From the NCBI GenBank assembly GCA_964016885.1, contig OZ024740.1, positions 152,396,001 to 152,460,000 on the forward strand: a stretch of 64,000 nucleotides of DNA, in the 5' to 3' direction. The notes below the pieces were generated by a model, which did not search any database, was not told the DNA's origin, and saw nothing but the letters and a program-made list of their open reading frames with translations. Below are positions 1-14,104 of the stretch, in pieces. A program made the position numbers and the translations under genes. The stretch comes from Eledone cirrhosa. Its lineage: Eukaryota. Within the stretch, counting starts at the first letter, position 1; each line of letters opens with the position of its first letter.

Positions 1-36
<36 letters not shown>

Positions 37-86
37 ATATATACACATAATATATACATAATATATATATATGTACATATATATAC

Positions 87-142
<56 letters not shown>

Positions 143-145
<3 letters not shown>

Positions 146-695
146 TATGTACACGTACATACATATATGTATGCAGACGTACAGTAGTATGTATATATAT
201 ATATATATACATACATGCACACATATATATATGTACGTATGGATTCACCGAACATTTATTATAATGCTCGGTGTGTTTGTAAACAAACATCCCGTATTAA
301 GCCGTAGTGTCCAGCAACCATCGTTGCTCGTTTGTTCAACACTGACAAAGGAACGCTGTACTAGTTTCAAGCTTATTAGCTATCATCAGCAACGTATACC
401 TTCCTGCCAGATTGTTGAACGTATATACTTACCTTATGCATATTAACGGCTGAGTAGCTCAATTTGCATATCGAGTGGGTTAATCGGCCGGGTGCACCGA
501 AAACGATAAATGGTAAAAATGAAACGAAATTTCATTTCCCACTCTTAGTACGGCTGTTACTTAAATATAAGTATGTACACGTACATACATATATGTATGC
601 AGACGTACAGTAGTATGTATATATATATATATACATACATGCACACATATATATATGTACGTATGGATTCACCGAACATTTATTATAATGCTCGG
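143..695 (-). repeat. ~425-bp hammerhead-containing tandem unit (1.3 copies; retrozyme- or pLTR-like)
   Basis: 143-271 is repeated directly at 569-695. The unit carries a type I HHR on the minus strand. A diverged homologue lies at ~26957-27466. Confidence 0.75.
353..395 (-). ncRNA. Minimal type I hammerhead ribozyme
   Basis: Minus strand reads acgttg-CTGATGA-tagctaataagctt-GAAA-ctag-TA-cagcgt: stem I, intact core, stem II, palindromic stem III ACTAGT. Confidence 0.85.
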
Positions 696-1991
696 AAACC
701 TTTTTCCAAGAGATGTTATATTTAATATTTTTGTCTTTCAAGGACCATATGAGTTCTGAGAGAGCCGTGTTCTTTTAAGTTGGTATTTAAAAGACGAATG
801 ATGATTATAAAGACGAGCTTTAAAGGAGGTGGAAGTGGAGCCAAAATAGGTGAAGGAATTGGTGTCAGTTATAACTTTACATTCGTAGATTAAGTTTTTA
901 TCAAGACAATGGTTGTTGAGAGGACATTTATTTTTAACAGGGCAATTGCAATTGCGATTAGAGAGATTATTAACGAGTGACCTAGTGTTATCTATAGAAG
1001 GAATTGGATTGGAGAAGTTATTTGCGTTAGGAATAATAGTTTCTTGATTTAGAATGGGATTAAGAACATTTAGCGAAGTTGTGTTTGACGTTGTATTTGG
1101 GTTTGCAGAAATTAGCCTAGAGTTTACAATGAGGTCGGGAGTACTATTACTATTATTATGATTTTCAGTGTTGGAAGGAAGAGATTTAGTATTTAGTATT
1201 TTATTGTTGTGTTTAGAGATAATGCTGGAAATGTTGGAGGATGTCGAATAGGAAAATTTTATAGTATCTTTGTTAGATATTTTACTATAGATATGTGAGG
1301 GAGGGAAGCATTTATTTAAGGCACTAAAGAATAATTTAGGAATATTATTATTAATAGAGATGGAGAAAGGAGCATTATACCAGATTATGTTTTTGTATCT
1401 AGGTCTTTTATTAAAGTTATTGGAATGATCATGATTAATTATTCTACTGTAAGATCTTCTAGAATTTGTTTCTTTACTATATTTGATTTTATCAGGATAG
1501 CCGGCTTTAGAAAGCGCGTTATTATAGTAATTGGCGTTAGCATCAAAGATATTTTTTATTAGAAGATAGCTTAGATATTCTTTTTCCAATATTACTAACT
1601 ATAGCATTCTTAATATTAGTGGGGTGGTTAGATCTAAAATTAACATAATTTAGGTTCTCATTGTTTTTATGGTAAGGGTAATATAGGCCAGTGTCAAGAT
1701 TAAGAGATACATCCAAGAAATTAGCTAGTTTGATGCTGTTATCAAATTCAATTTTTAAGTTATGTTGGTTAAAGAGATTACGTATATTGTTCTTAATAAT
1801 ATTAAGGTTAACTATGTTGCAATTTAAGATAGTAAAGAGTCCATCGTCACGATAAATTCCACCGCGAAGTTGAGGAATTTTCCGACTCAAAGAGTTCAAA
1901 ATAAAGATACCAATTAAATCTGTCAATTGGGATGAATCGGATGCTCCCATTGTGATGTCGAAGTTGTTAGAGGTATCAGCTCTGGTCCAAT
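696..1991 (-). pseudogene. Penelope-like (Naiad-like) RT + GIY-YIG ORF fragment, frameshifted, truncated at both ends
   Basis: Motifs FDITMGASDSSQ, GGIYRDDG, NFLDV, YHK, SNHP, WYNAPF, CNCPVKNKCPLNNHCL, LIYEC..YFGSTST.FKAR.YNH (ORFs 1543-1950 and 738-1589). Confidence 0.92.
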
Positions 1992-2747
1992 ATTCAATAC
2001 AATATATTCTTACCTTATATCACCTTGAAAAAATCCTTCGTAAACATAAAAACATTTTTTTGACGTTAGATTATTCATCCTCAATTCATTATTTTTTCTC
2101 CCTTTCATCTAACTTATTCATGCTCATCTCACAATATATCCTTACTTACATTACTTTTGTTTTTTTTAATAATACATATCAACATTTTCTTTCCATCGCA
2201 CATATTATTAAACCCTTAAATATCATTCTTAATACATATTAACATTTTCTTTTCATCGCACATATTATTAAACCCTTCAATATACAAACCTTAACTTTAC
2301 ATTATTTTTCTCTTCGTTAATTTTCAAATTCTTTTAATTTATACATTATCTTACAACGGTTTTTCAACCTCTCTATGTAAAACAATATATTTTTCTCAGT
2401 TATAAAAGCTATCTCTCTCTCTATATCACCCATCTCTCCTCCTATCTCATCCTTCCTCATTATACTCCTCCCCCTCCACTTTTTACTCTCATCTCCTCCT
2501 CTTGTTCATCCTTTCCACCCCCACCCTTCTCAATTTTTTTTTTTTTTTTTTTTCCAAATATCACACATCAATCTAAAACTACTTTTCATATGTTGATTCA
2601 AAATTGCACTATTCACAAATGTTTTTTAACCTTCATATCATGTCTTCCTATTTTATCTGATGAAAACACAAATATTATTGCATGATGATATTTGTTTTTG
2701 AAATGCGCATAATAAAATACATGGAACTCTTTTAACCATCTTTTGAT

Positions 2748-2750
<3 letters not shown>
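1992..2750 (+). mobile_element. Inverted pseudo-LTR / 3' UTR of a Penelope-like element
   Basis: Oriented opposite to the adjacent ORF, carries an HHR, ends at (TA)n, and is homologous to 50925-51424. Confidence 0.8.
2649..2719 (+). ncRNA. Type I hammerhead ribozyme
   Basis: tattttat-CTGATGA-aaacacaaatattat..atgatatttgttttt-GAAA-tgcgca-TA-ataaaata; 8-bp stem I, palindromic stem III ATGCGCAT. Confidence 0.88.
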
Positions 2751-2835
<85 letters not shown>

Positions 2836-2875
2836 TATAGGTATATACATTTCTATACCTATACCTATATATATA

Positions 2876-3134
2876 TAGGTATAGGTTTCCACGAACCAAA
2901 GTATCGTCTTCCTGTCTTCCTCCGGTTGCAACGTTTTTTGAAATATCCACTTCTGCGTTTACAGATTGAATTTGTTAGTTTCAGAAGATCCCGTTAAGGG
3001 TGTAAGCAGCGATTCTTTGCTTAAACTTTAATCTGTTATTCTAATAAATATTTGCTCTACGGTTCTTATATATTTGATATATATTTATCCTTATCGAGCC
3101 CTCTTTGGATTTTAGTCTTCAAATTTTTTATTAT

Positions 3135-3139
<5 letters not shown>
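2876..3139 (+). mobile_element. Penelope-like pLTR end/tail remnant
   Basis: Flanked by (TA)n. The last ~47 nt match the terminus of the PLE at 61208-61254 in reverse complement. Confidence 0.55.
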
Positions 3140-3198
<59 letters not shown>

Positions 3199-3202
<4 letters not shown>

Positions 3203-3948
3203 ACTAGAAATAGATTGACATATATATATATAAAATAAACATATGGAACAATCACAGGGAATAATTTGTAAGCACACATAGCTAGGTAGGTAACCAATTA
3301 AAGTTTAACTAGAACTTCAAATATACAAAGAAGAAAATAACTATCTGCGTTTACAAAGCAAAAGCAAATCTGTGAATGACTCGAACCATGTGTTGCATTT
3401 TTAAAAAATACACACATCGCACAGCGTCATCCCAGTTGCGTGAATAGGATTATCGACAGCTAGAAATAGCAGCCGAGTCCATTCAACTGTGTTTGCTCTA
3501 CAATTAAGCGGCCGTATACATATCCAAAATTAAATTAAGGGTGTCATGTCTGAGAGACATGCAACATATCCACTATAGAATAAGCTCAAAGATTCCAATG
3601 AATAGATCCGAGCATTTCATATCAACTAGAAATAGATTGACATATATATATAAAAAAATAAACATATGGAACAATCACAGGGGATAATTTGTAGAGAATG
3701 TAAACACGCATAGCTAGGTAGGTAACCAATTGAAGTTTAACTAGAACTTCAAATATAGATACCTTTTAAAATTATTAATCTCTTTTGTATATATTTCTTT
3801 AAGTAAAAAATATATTTCACCATTTAATCAGTAAATCTTCTCCTTTGGTGACCATCCAGAATTTGACTACTGTGATTTACTGATTAAATGGTGAAATATA
3901 TTTTTTACAAAGGAGATTAATCATTTTAGAAGGTATCTATATTTGAAG
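3199..3948. repeat. ~422-bp tandem unit with terminal inversion
   Basis: 3199-3325 repeats at 3621-3757; 3748-3837 is inverted at 3874-3948; flanked by microsatellites. Confidence 0.7.
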
Positions 3949-4321
3949 TGTGTATGTGTGTGTGTATCTATGTATATATATATATATATATGCATATATA
4001 TATGTGTGTATATGTATATGTATGTGTATGTATGTGTATATATATATACAAAGATATTAAATATTTAATATCATTGAATATTTACTCCAGAAGCTGTTGA
4101 GTGCTCTAAATCAGTTATAAACGTTTATATTTTTATATTTGTCGGATTTCCAACTAATTGAATACCACTGCGACTTATATATATATATATATATATGTGT
4201 GGGGGGGGGGGTATGTGCGTGTATATGTGCGTGTACATGTGTGTATGTGTATATTTTTAGATATAAGTAATTATTTATATATATGTGTGTATGTGGTTAA
4301 ATGTATTTTTTCTCATGTATA

Positions 4322-4354
<33 letters not shown>

Positions 4355-4477
4355 GTATGTGTATGTATGTTTGTATGTATATACTTAACTGTGTATATGT
4401 TTTTACTGTATATATACGTGTGTATATATTTCTATGTATGTGTATGTGTTGTATGTATATGTGTGTGTATATATATA

Positions 4478-4565
<88 letters not shown>

Positions 4566-5505
4566 CTACATACATTTCTATCCACATATAAACACAATGA
4601 CAAACGTAAACACACATGTTCTATGGTGCAACACAAATATACACACATTTGCATACCTTTTGATGTTTACAGATATAAACGTGCCGACACACACGCATAC
4701 ATATACGCACACATGCATTGCACACTGATGGGCACATACATATTTGTACACAAGTATTCCCATACGGCAGGGCCTACAATGCAGTACGTACAATCTGGAC
4801 ACTCACACACACCTTGGTGTTATGACAATACTATACATCATTTCACCCCTTTTATTATTAATGTTTTTGATGTTCTTTTGAGAGAATCGTTTTTGCAAAT
4901 TACTGAAAATATCGAATAATGTACACCAAAGGTTCTCAACCCATTTTTTTCCCTCAAAATCACGAAACGCCCCTACCCTTTTTTTACATTTTTCAATATA
5001 CTACTGATTTTGATATCAGTAGATTACTAAAAAAATGATTAACGATATTCCAAAGATACCATTGCAGGCAGTTGAAAGTATAAATACATTTCTTGAAAGG
5101 AAATATATAGATTTCAAAAAAAGGAACATAAATGTTCTTTTTTATGAATTAGGACCAGTTGAATTTGTTATATTCCCACCAGACGATAGCAACTATTTTG
5201 AACATTTATACAAGAGCAACTCTATCCAAAGAGTGCTCTTATCTGGAAGAAAGTGGCAAGTGTATTATTTCAAAGCTTTCCAATTTTCCCTTTAATGAAA
5301 CGGACAGAATAAATGTTGGTATCTAACTTGATGTCCCCTCCGCTTTGTGACCACGCAAGAGGGTTTTCATGACCTCGTAAGAGGGTATATTCATTAGTAA
5401 ACGGTAAAATATATACAACAAATGAGTAAGTGAATTGTGGTAGATGGTTTCCAGTCCAGTCAGACTGCAACTACAAATAAAAAATCGACTTACTTTGACC
5501 TCGTA

Positions 5506-7288
5506 TCAATGGGACCCTTGAGCTTCATGGAGTTTAGCTAACTCTTTGACGTCAGGCTGGATTTTCGTGAGCTGTAGCCGGAGATCTCCACGTGCAATCA
5601 CATTGAAGCGGTTGCGAGCCTTACTATGCAGTCTGGAAACAACGCCAAACCCCCTCTCGACTAAGTAAGAGCTAGGAAAAGGCAAAGCAAATCTCTTAGC
5701 CTATGCATGTAGGAGTGGAAATCGACGCTGAATTTCCTCTTGCATCCAAAAAAGGGGTTCACCTATTTTGGAAAATTTCATTTTGATAATGTCATCTGTC
5801 TGAAGTTCACTTAATTCTTCCTGAAATTTAACGTCGAAATCGTCGACGTTGGCTATGAAGGGATCTGCTATCCACATTGGGATGTCCATCTGAAAAAGGT
5901 CGACAAACCGTTCTCTCATGTTGTCTTGTAGTGCACAGAGGTGCGCGGTATAAATTTGCAGTTGGTCATCGCTCACAATGTTTGAAACATTGGCGACACT
6001 TAGGAAACTTATAGAATTCCCGTCGACAAAGATTCCTTTCGATGACTTTCAATTTGGCCAGGAATATTTTCACAGCATTCCTTGCTTTAAACAAGGTCAT
6101 CTTCTCCCCCTGAAAAGCCATAATGAGACTATTGCATTTGTCAAAGATGTCGGCGAGGTAGGCACAGTCTTGCCTCACATCGAGGTTTTTTTTATATAGT
6201 TCTGTGTTGCGTCCTCGAAGAAACTCAATGATAGAGTCGAACAGTTCAAAGAAGCGAGTAAGGCACTTGCCCTTTGAAAGCCACCTCACTTCAGTATGAA
6301 GGAGCAACTCGACGAATTCTTCGTCATTATCTTCGCACAGTTGCCGGAAAATTCGTTCATTGAGGGCATGGAGTTTGATATAATTGATGACATCAATGGC
6401 TACCTGCAAAGACTTGCTCAGCGGCTCGCTGAGTTTCTTCGCAGCCAAGTGTTGTCGATGAATGACACAATGAACAGCAAATATAGATGGATTTTCCCTC
6501 TTCAGAAGAGAGACGAAACCCTTATGTTGGCCGACCATTGCTCTTGCGCCGTCCGTAGCACATGATACAATATTGTTAAAAGGTATCTCTTTTTTTTCGA
6601 GGTATCCCTTGACAGATTCAAAGATCGTGGCACCTTTAGTATCTGTGGCTAGATTCAGAGTGAAGAGAAGCTCCTCGTGCATTTCGTTTTGGTGGAAAAA
6701 TTGCACGTATCCCAGTAGTAAGGACTGATTCCCGGAAAGTGTGCTTTCATCAAGTTGCAAAGCAAATTGTGTCGATTTCAAGATGTTGCATAATTGTTGT
6801 TCAACATTTTCCGCCATTTCGTCGATGCGTCTCTTTATTGAGTCGTTACTCAACGGAATACATTTCAAGGTCTTTAACGGGTTCTGACGTAGTACTGTTG
6901 AAAGAACTTCTGAGATGACAGGGGCTACCAATGTTTCACCCAAGGAATGGGGCTTGCCACACTTTGCGATTATGTTGGCAATATTGTAAGATGCGACAAG
7001 ACCATCAACATTTGAAGCTTCAACTTTTGAAAAGGCAGAAGAAATTAGTGTTGTTTTCTGGAATTGGTCCCTAAGAGACTGAAAGTATGCTAAATCTTTA
7101 TATCTCTTATCGGGGTGCCTCACCTCCAGGTGTTTACTCAAACGCGATGGCTTCATCGCCTCATTCGAAAAGGACTCCTTGCAAATTAAACACATGGGTG
7201 ACAGGTGGTTCGATGGCGATGGGATGAATCCGAACCGTAAGTAATCAACGCTGTACTGCCTGCATTTTTTCTTCATTGCTGAGGCCAT
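5506..7288 (-). pseudogene. hAT transposase (Buster/Charlie; ZBED5/SCAND3-like), one frameshift and one stop
   Basis: BED finger CLIC..H..H, QLDEST, CATDGA.AM.G, HCVIH, TEVRWLS.G, C-terminal FPSSYLVERGF; frameshift at ~5970, stop at 5701. Confidence 0.93.
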
Positions 7289-8026
7289 TTTCTGTTTAGC
7301 GAATGTGTTTGGTAAAGTTACGCAAAGATTTGCCTATATAAGCCTATACAATTATGTATAAGGAACTTACTATAATGAATCCTGTTCCAGTATGATAAAG
7401 TTTCAAGTAATGTTCTGGAATAACACTTTGTAATAAACAAAACTGCAATGAAAAAGACAAATACTGTCATTAATTAACCAAGTCGAGACAAGTTATATAT
7501 GAAGATTAACCAGTCTTTCATGTAGGAATAGTAATAACTTAGCTTGAGGGAATTAAGGTGGCAGACTCAATAAAGGATCAACGAGGCAACGAGTTCAAGA
7601 GAACTTAATGCAAGAATGACTAGTAATGTGCTATTTTGAAATGGAATTCATCAATTAAGCACGTAGTGATAAGACGCGATAATACTAAGTTAAGACATTA
7701 CTTATTAGTCAGAGTTACTCAAATTATCGCCCTTAACTTAATGCATCACTGTGATATTCTTGTAATGGTGCTGCAATTATAATGGATGACTGTTGAAGAC
7801 TACAAAAGCATTTCCTTAAACCCAAGGCTATAACAAGACTTGATCGTAGTATAAACAGTCAGTTTATATAGGAATAGCAACAACCTAGTTATAGAATAAA
7901 TGATGTGGAAATGCAATGAAGATAAGATAGGGTCAAGCAAACCGAATGTTAGCAAGAATGAGTTGAAGTATCGAGGTCAAGCCGATCACGGTGATGAACG
8001 GGTCAGTGAATAATGTTGCTCTTTTC

Positions 8027-9309
8027 CAGGGGCCTCGTTTGCCTTAAAAATGTGAGGGGGACAAAGCAACATTTGTTGGAGCATTTTAGTATTACTTATG
8101 GTGTCTTTCCTGAACCCTATCACATAAGTAAAAATTTCTTTACGCTAATTAAATTTTATATATTCAAATGAAGTTCAGATATAAAAAAAAATAAGCTTAA
8201 AAAGTATTTATTATATCAAATAAACAAAAAATAAAACAGACGTTTGAATAAAAATCATATAAAGTAAATGTATTGTCTTTTAGAACTTTCCAAATGTATC
8301 ATATCTCGCATCATTGCTGTCAATAAATAATTTAGTAACTTCTTCACAACTAATATTTTTCAAAACATCTTTATGAACATCTCATATTAGAATATGATTC
8401 AACCTTTGCTAAGTCATGGTCGATCGCAACCAAGTTTTGAGTCTCTGCAGAGCACTAAAAGATCTTTCAGCTTCACAAGAACTGGTTGGAAACATTAAAA
8501 GTAGACTGAACAATCGCACATCATTTAGAAACATGCGACGGACTTCTGGTTGCATTTCACCGAATATTTTACGATGATCCTCGAGAGATGATCCACTATG
8601 ATGATTTCTATAAAAAAGTATTTCGTTCCTTAAAGAAAATTCATCAAGCTCTGGATACTGCATGATCACTTCAGCACAAACATTTCCATTCCTGGTATCT
8701 TTTAGGAACTTTTCATTGCCTGGGTAGCTCCAAAGGAGAAATATCGAGTTGATAAATCATTTTTTTCTGCTGTATTGAACAGCTCCTGAAATTTTTCTTC
8801 ACTGCGTAGATTTTTTTTAGCTCCTCCTGCACCAGTTTGACACTATGCAACATGCTACCTAGATTGAAGGTGGTACTTTGAAAATATTTGTTCAATCCTT
8901 CAAGGAATTGAAGTAATGGAACTACAACGTGCAATTCAAGGACACATTGGCCCGGAGAGTGACACGTAAGAATAACATTAGCTCTGGATGTAATGTTGGT
9001 GCCAAACTCATTTGTTGCCTCTTGTAAATAAATAGGGACATCTGAATAATTGTCAAGAACGGCTTTGACTGCAGAAAGTCGTGTTAGCCATCGAGTAGGG
9101 CACACAGGTGTTAAGGAGCGTGGTGACGATACTTCATTTTCTTCATCATGTTGTGATAAATACGCTTGCTTAAATTTTCCTGATGTACTATATAGTTTCC
9201 GCAATTCATTCACGCAACCTAGAACATTCTTGATAAGTGAAGCTTGTTGTACAGACTTAGTTATAATAAGTTGAGAAATATGAATGCCGCAGTGCACGTA
9301 ATGGACCAA
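8027..9309 (-). pseudogene. Second hAT transposase fragment (ZMYM1/THAP12-like), nested
   Basis: YVHC..H, CPTRW..R, PTSSCEAERSFSAL.RLKTWLRSTM dimerisation motif; a cagggg-type terminus at 8027. Confidence 0.85.
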
Positions 9310-9793
9310 ATCAAGTTATGTTAGAATGATCTTTAAAAAATATCCGTACGAATTAAATACAAAAAAAGTTTCAATCCAAAACAAAAGCAAGCTAGTTCAA
9401 ATTATATATTTTTGAATTATATATTTTTGAAAAATAGACGTGAATGTTCTCAAAGACTTGATTTCAGTCGAAAACGCTTTTTTTTTTAAATTCTATATTT
9501 CACTGTTAGCCGTTGTAATATTTTGATTGGATAAACAATTCTACAATTCAAACTGTAAAGTCAAAATACAAAAAATTTCTTACCTTTCTCTGAAATCACA
9601 AACTCAGGGGAAAAATAGTACCTTGCAAAATAAAATACCTCGTAGCAAAATAAAATACTTAGCAACGAATTAATTGAGAAGCTTGGAGACAGTGAGAAAG
9701 TAGTATTTGTATCCCTTATATATACATAGATAGATACACAGACACACACAAACACACATAGACACACACAAACACACATAGACACGCACGCAC

Positions 9794-9876
<83 letters not shown>

Positions 9877-10072
9877 CACACACACAAGTTTGTGTGTGTG
9901 TGTATGTATGTGTGTGTGCGTGTGTGCGTGTCTATGTGTGTTTCTGTGTGTCTGTTGTGTATCTATCTATGTATATATATATTGGTTTGCGTACAGAAAG
10001 AATTTTGTCTACAGTTTTTTATTGCCATGTCAAAAGCCACTGCTCTTTTCAACAACACCAAATAACAACGTT

Positions 10073-10120
<48 letters not shown>

Positions 10121-10225
10121 ATATATATATATATATATATAAAGGAAGAGAGAAAGAGGGAGGGACAGAGAGAGTAAGAAATGTGTGTGTGTTTGGTACA
10201 CATCTATCTATCTATCTATCTCCAA

Positions 10226-10400
10226 CAGGGGGCTCACACATGCGGCCCGCGAACTAATTATCTGTGGCCCGTGGTAGAACCAATATTTCATATCGCATTA
10301 TAACTGGTGAAAATTTTCACCCACCAAAACGTTTGGGCCCCTGTGCCTCTCCTCCAGGACGTAATAGCCCTTTTGTGTCCTTGAGTTTGAGAGCCCCCTT
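10226..10400. mobile_element. hAT-type MITE (MER30/MER45-like)
   Basis: Imperfect TIRs cagggggctcaca / tgagagccccct; internal tgcggcccgc/tggccc motifs. Confidence 0.6.
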
Positions 10401-10419
10401 CTACACACACACATACGGA

Positions 10420-10680
10420 CATATTTTACTTTTTTTCTGTCTCTGGACTACGCCATGCTGGAACATCACCTTGGTATGTTATGGGGACGTCAACAAACCA
10501 ACAAGCATTGGTGGGAGGGCAAACACAAACGCAAAGACACACACAGACATATATACATATATACGACCGACTTCTTTTAGTTTCGATCTATCAAATCCAC
10601 TCACAGGGCTTTGGTCGGCCCGGGCAGTGGGACTGAACCCGGAAATATGTGGTTGGGAAACAAGCTTCTTGTCACACTGC
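10420..10680 (-). mobile_element. Degenerate cephalopod-type SINE fragment
   Basis: caaatccactcacagggctttggtcggcccg and gccatgctgg segments resemble octopus SINEs (from recall, not searched). Confidence 0.45.
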
Positions 10681-11474
<794 letters not shown>

Positions 11475-11625
11475 AGAGATTTTGAGTTTATGTTGGTTGT
11501 ATACCAACACCTCAGTATGCAGCCTGGAGCACTCGACGAAGTGCGCAGGTTGGTTTGGTTACTCCGGAGTAGTGTAAAATAAAGTTAAATAAAAGTCAAA
11601 TGATTAAAATTTAGCTTCGTTTATT

Positions 11626-11680
11626 ACTGCTATATATATTTCAGTGACAGCAATCTTTGGCTGTGACCTCTTCAGGCAGT
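11626..11680 (-). ncRNA. Type I hammerhead ribozyme (inverted pLTR copy)
   Basis: Reverse complement of the 13887-13941 motif with one stem II substitution. Confidence 0.8.
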
Positions 11681-12174
11681 TTGAATTAGTATGGTATAGA
11701 CAAGTACATATGTTGTTTAGGTGTATAATATTGTCAATACTCTGATATGCCCAGTTCCTTGTTTGGTTGTTAATTCACTGAGGAACTGGAGTCATATGAA
11801 TTCAAACAAACGAATTTCAGTGTCAAAGGTCCCCCTCTCCTCTCATTGGTCAGTTATTAGAACATTCCTCATTCTAAGTGTTGTTATTGCTGGAGTTAGC
11901 TTAAAAGTTGATAAAATGGTAGAGGGGACAAGGTGTTAAAGGAACAAAATAACAAGACAAGTGTCAAGCTTCCCATTGGTCAGTTCTGAGAGCATTCCTC
12001 AGTCAGAAGTCTATAGAATTCTTTCTGGGGTGAGGCTCCCTGTAGTGGGCTTAAAAACCACACACAACCAGAAGATGGCAATACAAACACTCAGCAGAAC
12101 CATGTGAAAGGAGGGGAGGGGGACCCAGAGCCCACCCAAGAAACACAAATAGAGCCGAGGACCCCCCACCGAGC

Positions 12175-12669
12175 ATGGGCGAAGACGAACATGTAACACA
12201 TAACGAGAACCCTAATTTAGGAACGCAGAGGCCGACCACCATCTGCAACTGCAGAAACCCCGAATCATGCCCCCTTGGTAATGAATGTCTCAAGAAGAAC
12301 CTAGTGTACGGTTGTAGGGTTAAAACCCCCAACTGCGAACACCTCTACATAGGAGCAACATCAACGAGCTTTAAGGACCGCTGGTACAACCATCGCCATT
12401 CATTCAAGAAGGAGGCCAAAAGGAAAAGCACAGCTCTCTCCGACCTGATCTGGAAGCTTAAGCTGGACAGGACCCCATACTCTCTGGCCTGGTACATAAT
12501 CAGGAAAGTACCACCCGATAAAGGGGGATCTTTCATATGCAAACTATGCCTGAACGAGACCCTCGAGATAATAAGAGGTGGAAGCGGCCTGATAAACCTC
12601 AGAACCGACTTCTTCGGGACATGCAGACACCTTAGAGCCGGGACCTTTCTCAAGATATATGGACAGTAG
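12175..12669 (+). pseudogene. GIY-YIG endonuclease domain of Penelope-like element (5'-truncated ORF)
   Basis: CNCRNPESCPLGNECL, LVYGC..YIGATSTSFKDRWYNH, CKLCLNE..CRH. Confidence 0.9.
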
Positions 12670-13886
12670 CAACACAAGAAGATGTGAACTCCCCTCAAGC
12701 TATAGGGACTTCTACTGAACATGAAAACACCTCTCGGCCAGACCTCCCTCAAGCTATATGGGAAATAACAACATCCTAGGTTGTGAACTCCCCTCAAGCC
12801 ACAGGGAACAACCCGGGCGGAGCAGACACCATGATAGCCTAGAGATAGAATCCGACACAGCCATAATAATTTGGTCAACATTTATAACACAAACACTTTT
12901 AATTTACCAGATTTCTGACTTTCAAGTTCCAATCTTAAATCTTGATTTCTCTTTATTAATTTGTTCTCTATTAATTTGTTATCTGTTTTCTGCCCTCTTC
13001 ACTGTATCACCTTATATTTATTTTAAGTTGAGATGGATTATAACACAAACACATTTAGTTTGAATATCTCATCTTAACATCTTGTCTCATACCAATCTAT
13101 CCAACATATTCTGACCATGAGATTAGTTATAGCATACACACACTTTATCCTACATTATTTCTCACTTCTCCATATTCATTTTCATTACTTTTTCACCAAT
13201 CTCTCATTTATTCTTTATTCTTTATTCTCTATTTATTTATCTATTTTCAAATTACACAAATTATATTAATTATTTTGTTATATTATTTATTTATTTTCTG
13301 TCTTCTTCATTTATTGCCTTATATTTCTTCATATACATGGAAGAACCCCCACCCTCACCCCCACCACCACTACGATGGTGGCAATGGGATGAAAGAAAAA
13401 AACACAAACTGGATACTTCTAAATTATTAGCAGCAGCAAGATATAAGCTGACCACTACACCAACAACAGTACCAAAATAATGGTGGAGGTCAAATGTACT
13501 GAACAATAACAGGCAAAAACACGACAGGGAGCCTCACCCCAGAAAGAATTCTATAGACTTCTGACTGAGAAATGCTCTCAGAACTGACCAATGGGAAGTT
13601 TGACACTTGTCTTGTTATTTTGTTCCTTTAACACCTTGTCCCCTCTACCATTTTATCAACTTTTAAGCTAACTCCAACAATAACAACACTTAGAATGAGG
13701 AATGTTCTAATAACTGACCAATGAGAGGAGAAGGGGACCTTTGACACTGAAATTCGTTTGTTTGAATTCATATGACTCCAGTTCCTCAGTGAATTAACAA
13801 CCAAACAAGGAACTGGGCATATCAGAGTATTGACAATATTATACACCTAAACAACATATGTACTTGTCTATACCATACTAATTCAA

Positions 13887-13941
13887 ACTGCCTGAAGAGG
13901 TCACAGCCAAAGATGGCTGTCACTGAAATATATATAGCAGT
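13887..13941 (+). ncRNA. Type I hammerhead ribozyme
   Basis: actgc-CTGAAGA-ggtcacagcc aaagat ggctgtcact-GAAA-tatata-TA-gcagt. Confidence 0.85.
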
Positions 13942-14037
13942 AATAAACGAAGCTAAATTTTAATCATTTGACTTTTATTTAACTTTATTTTATATATATA
14001 ATATATATATATATTTATATATATATATATATATATA

Positions 14038-14104
<67 letters not shown>

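Larger units (their letters stand above)
11476..13992 (+). mobile_element. 5'-truncated Penelope-like element with inverted pLTRs and tail
   Basis: 469-bp inverted repeats 11575-12043 / 13524-13992; ~100-bp tail 11476-11574; GIY-YIG ORF inside; (TA)n on both sides. Confidence 0.92.
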
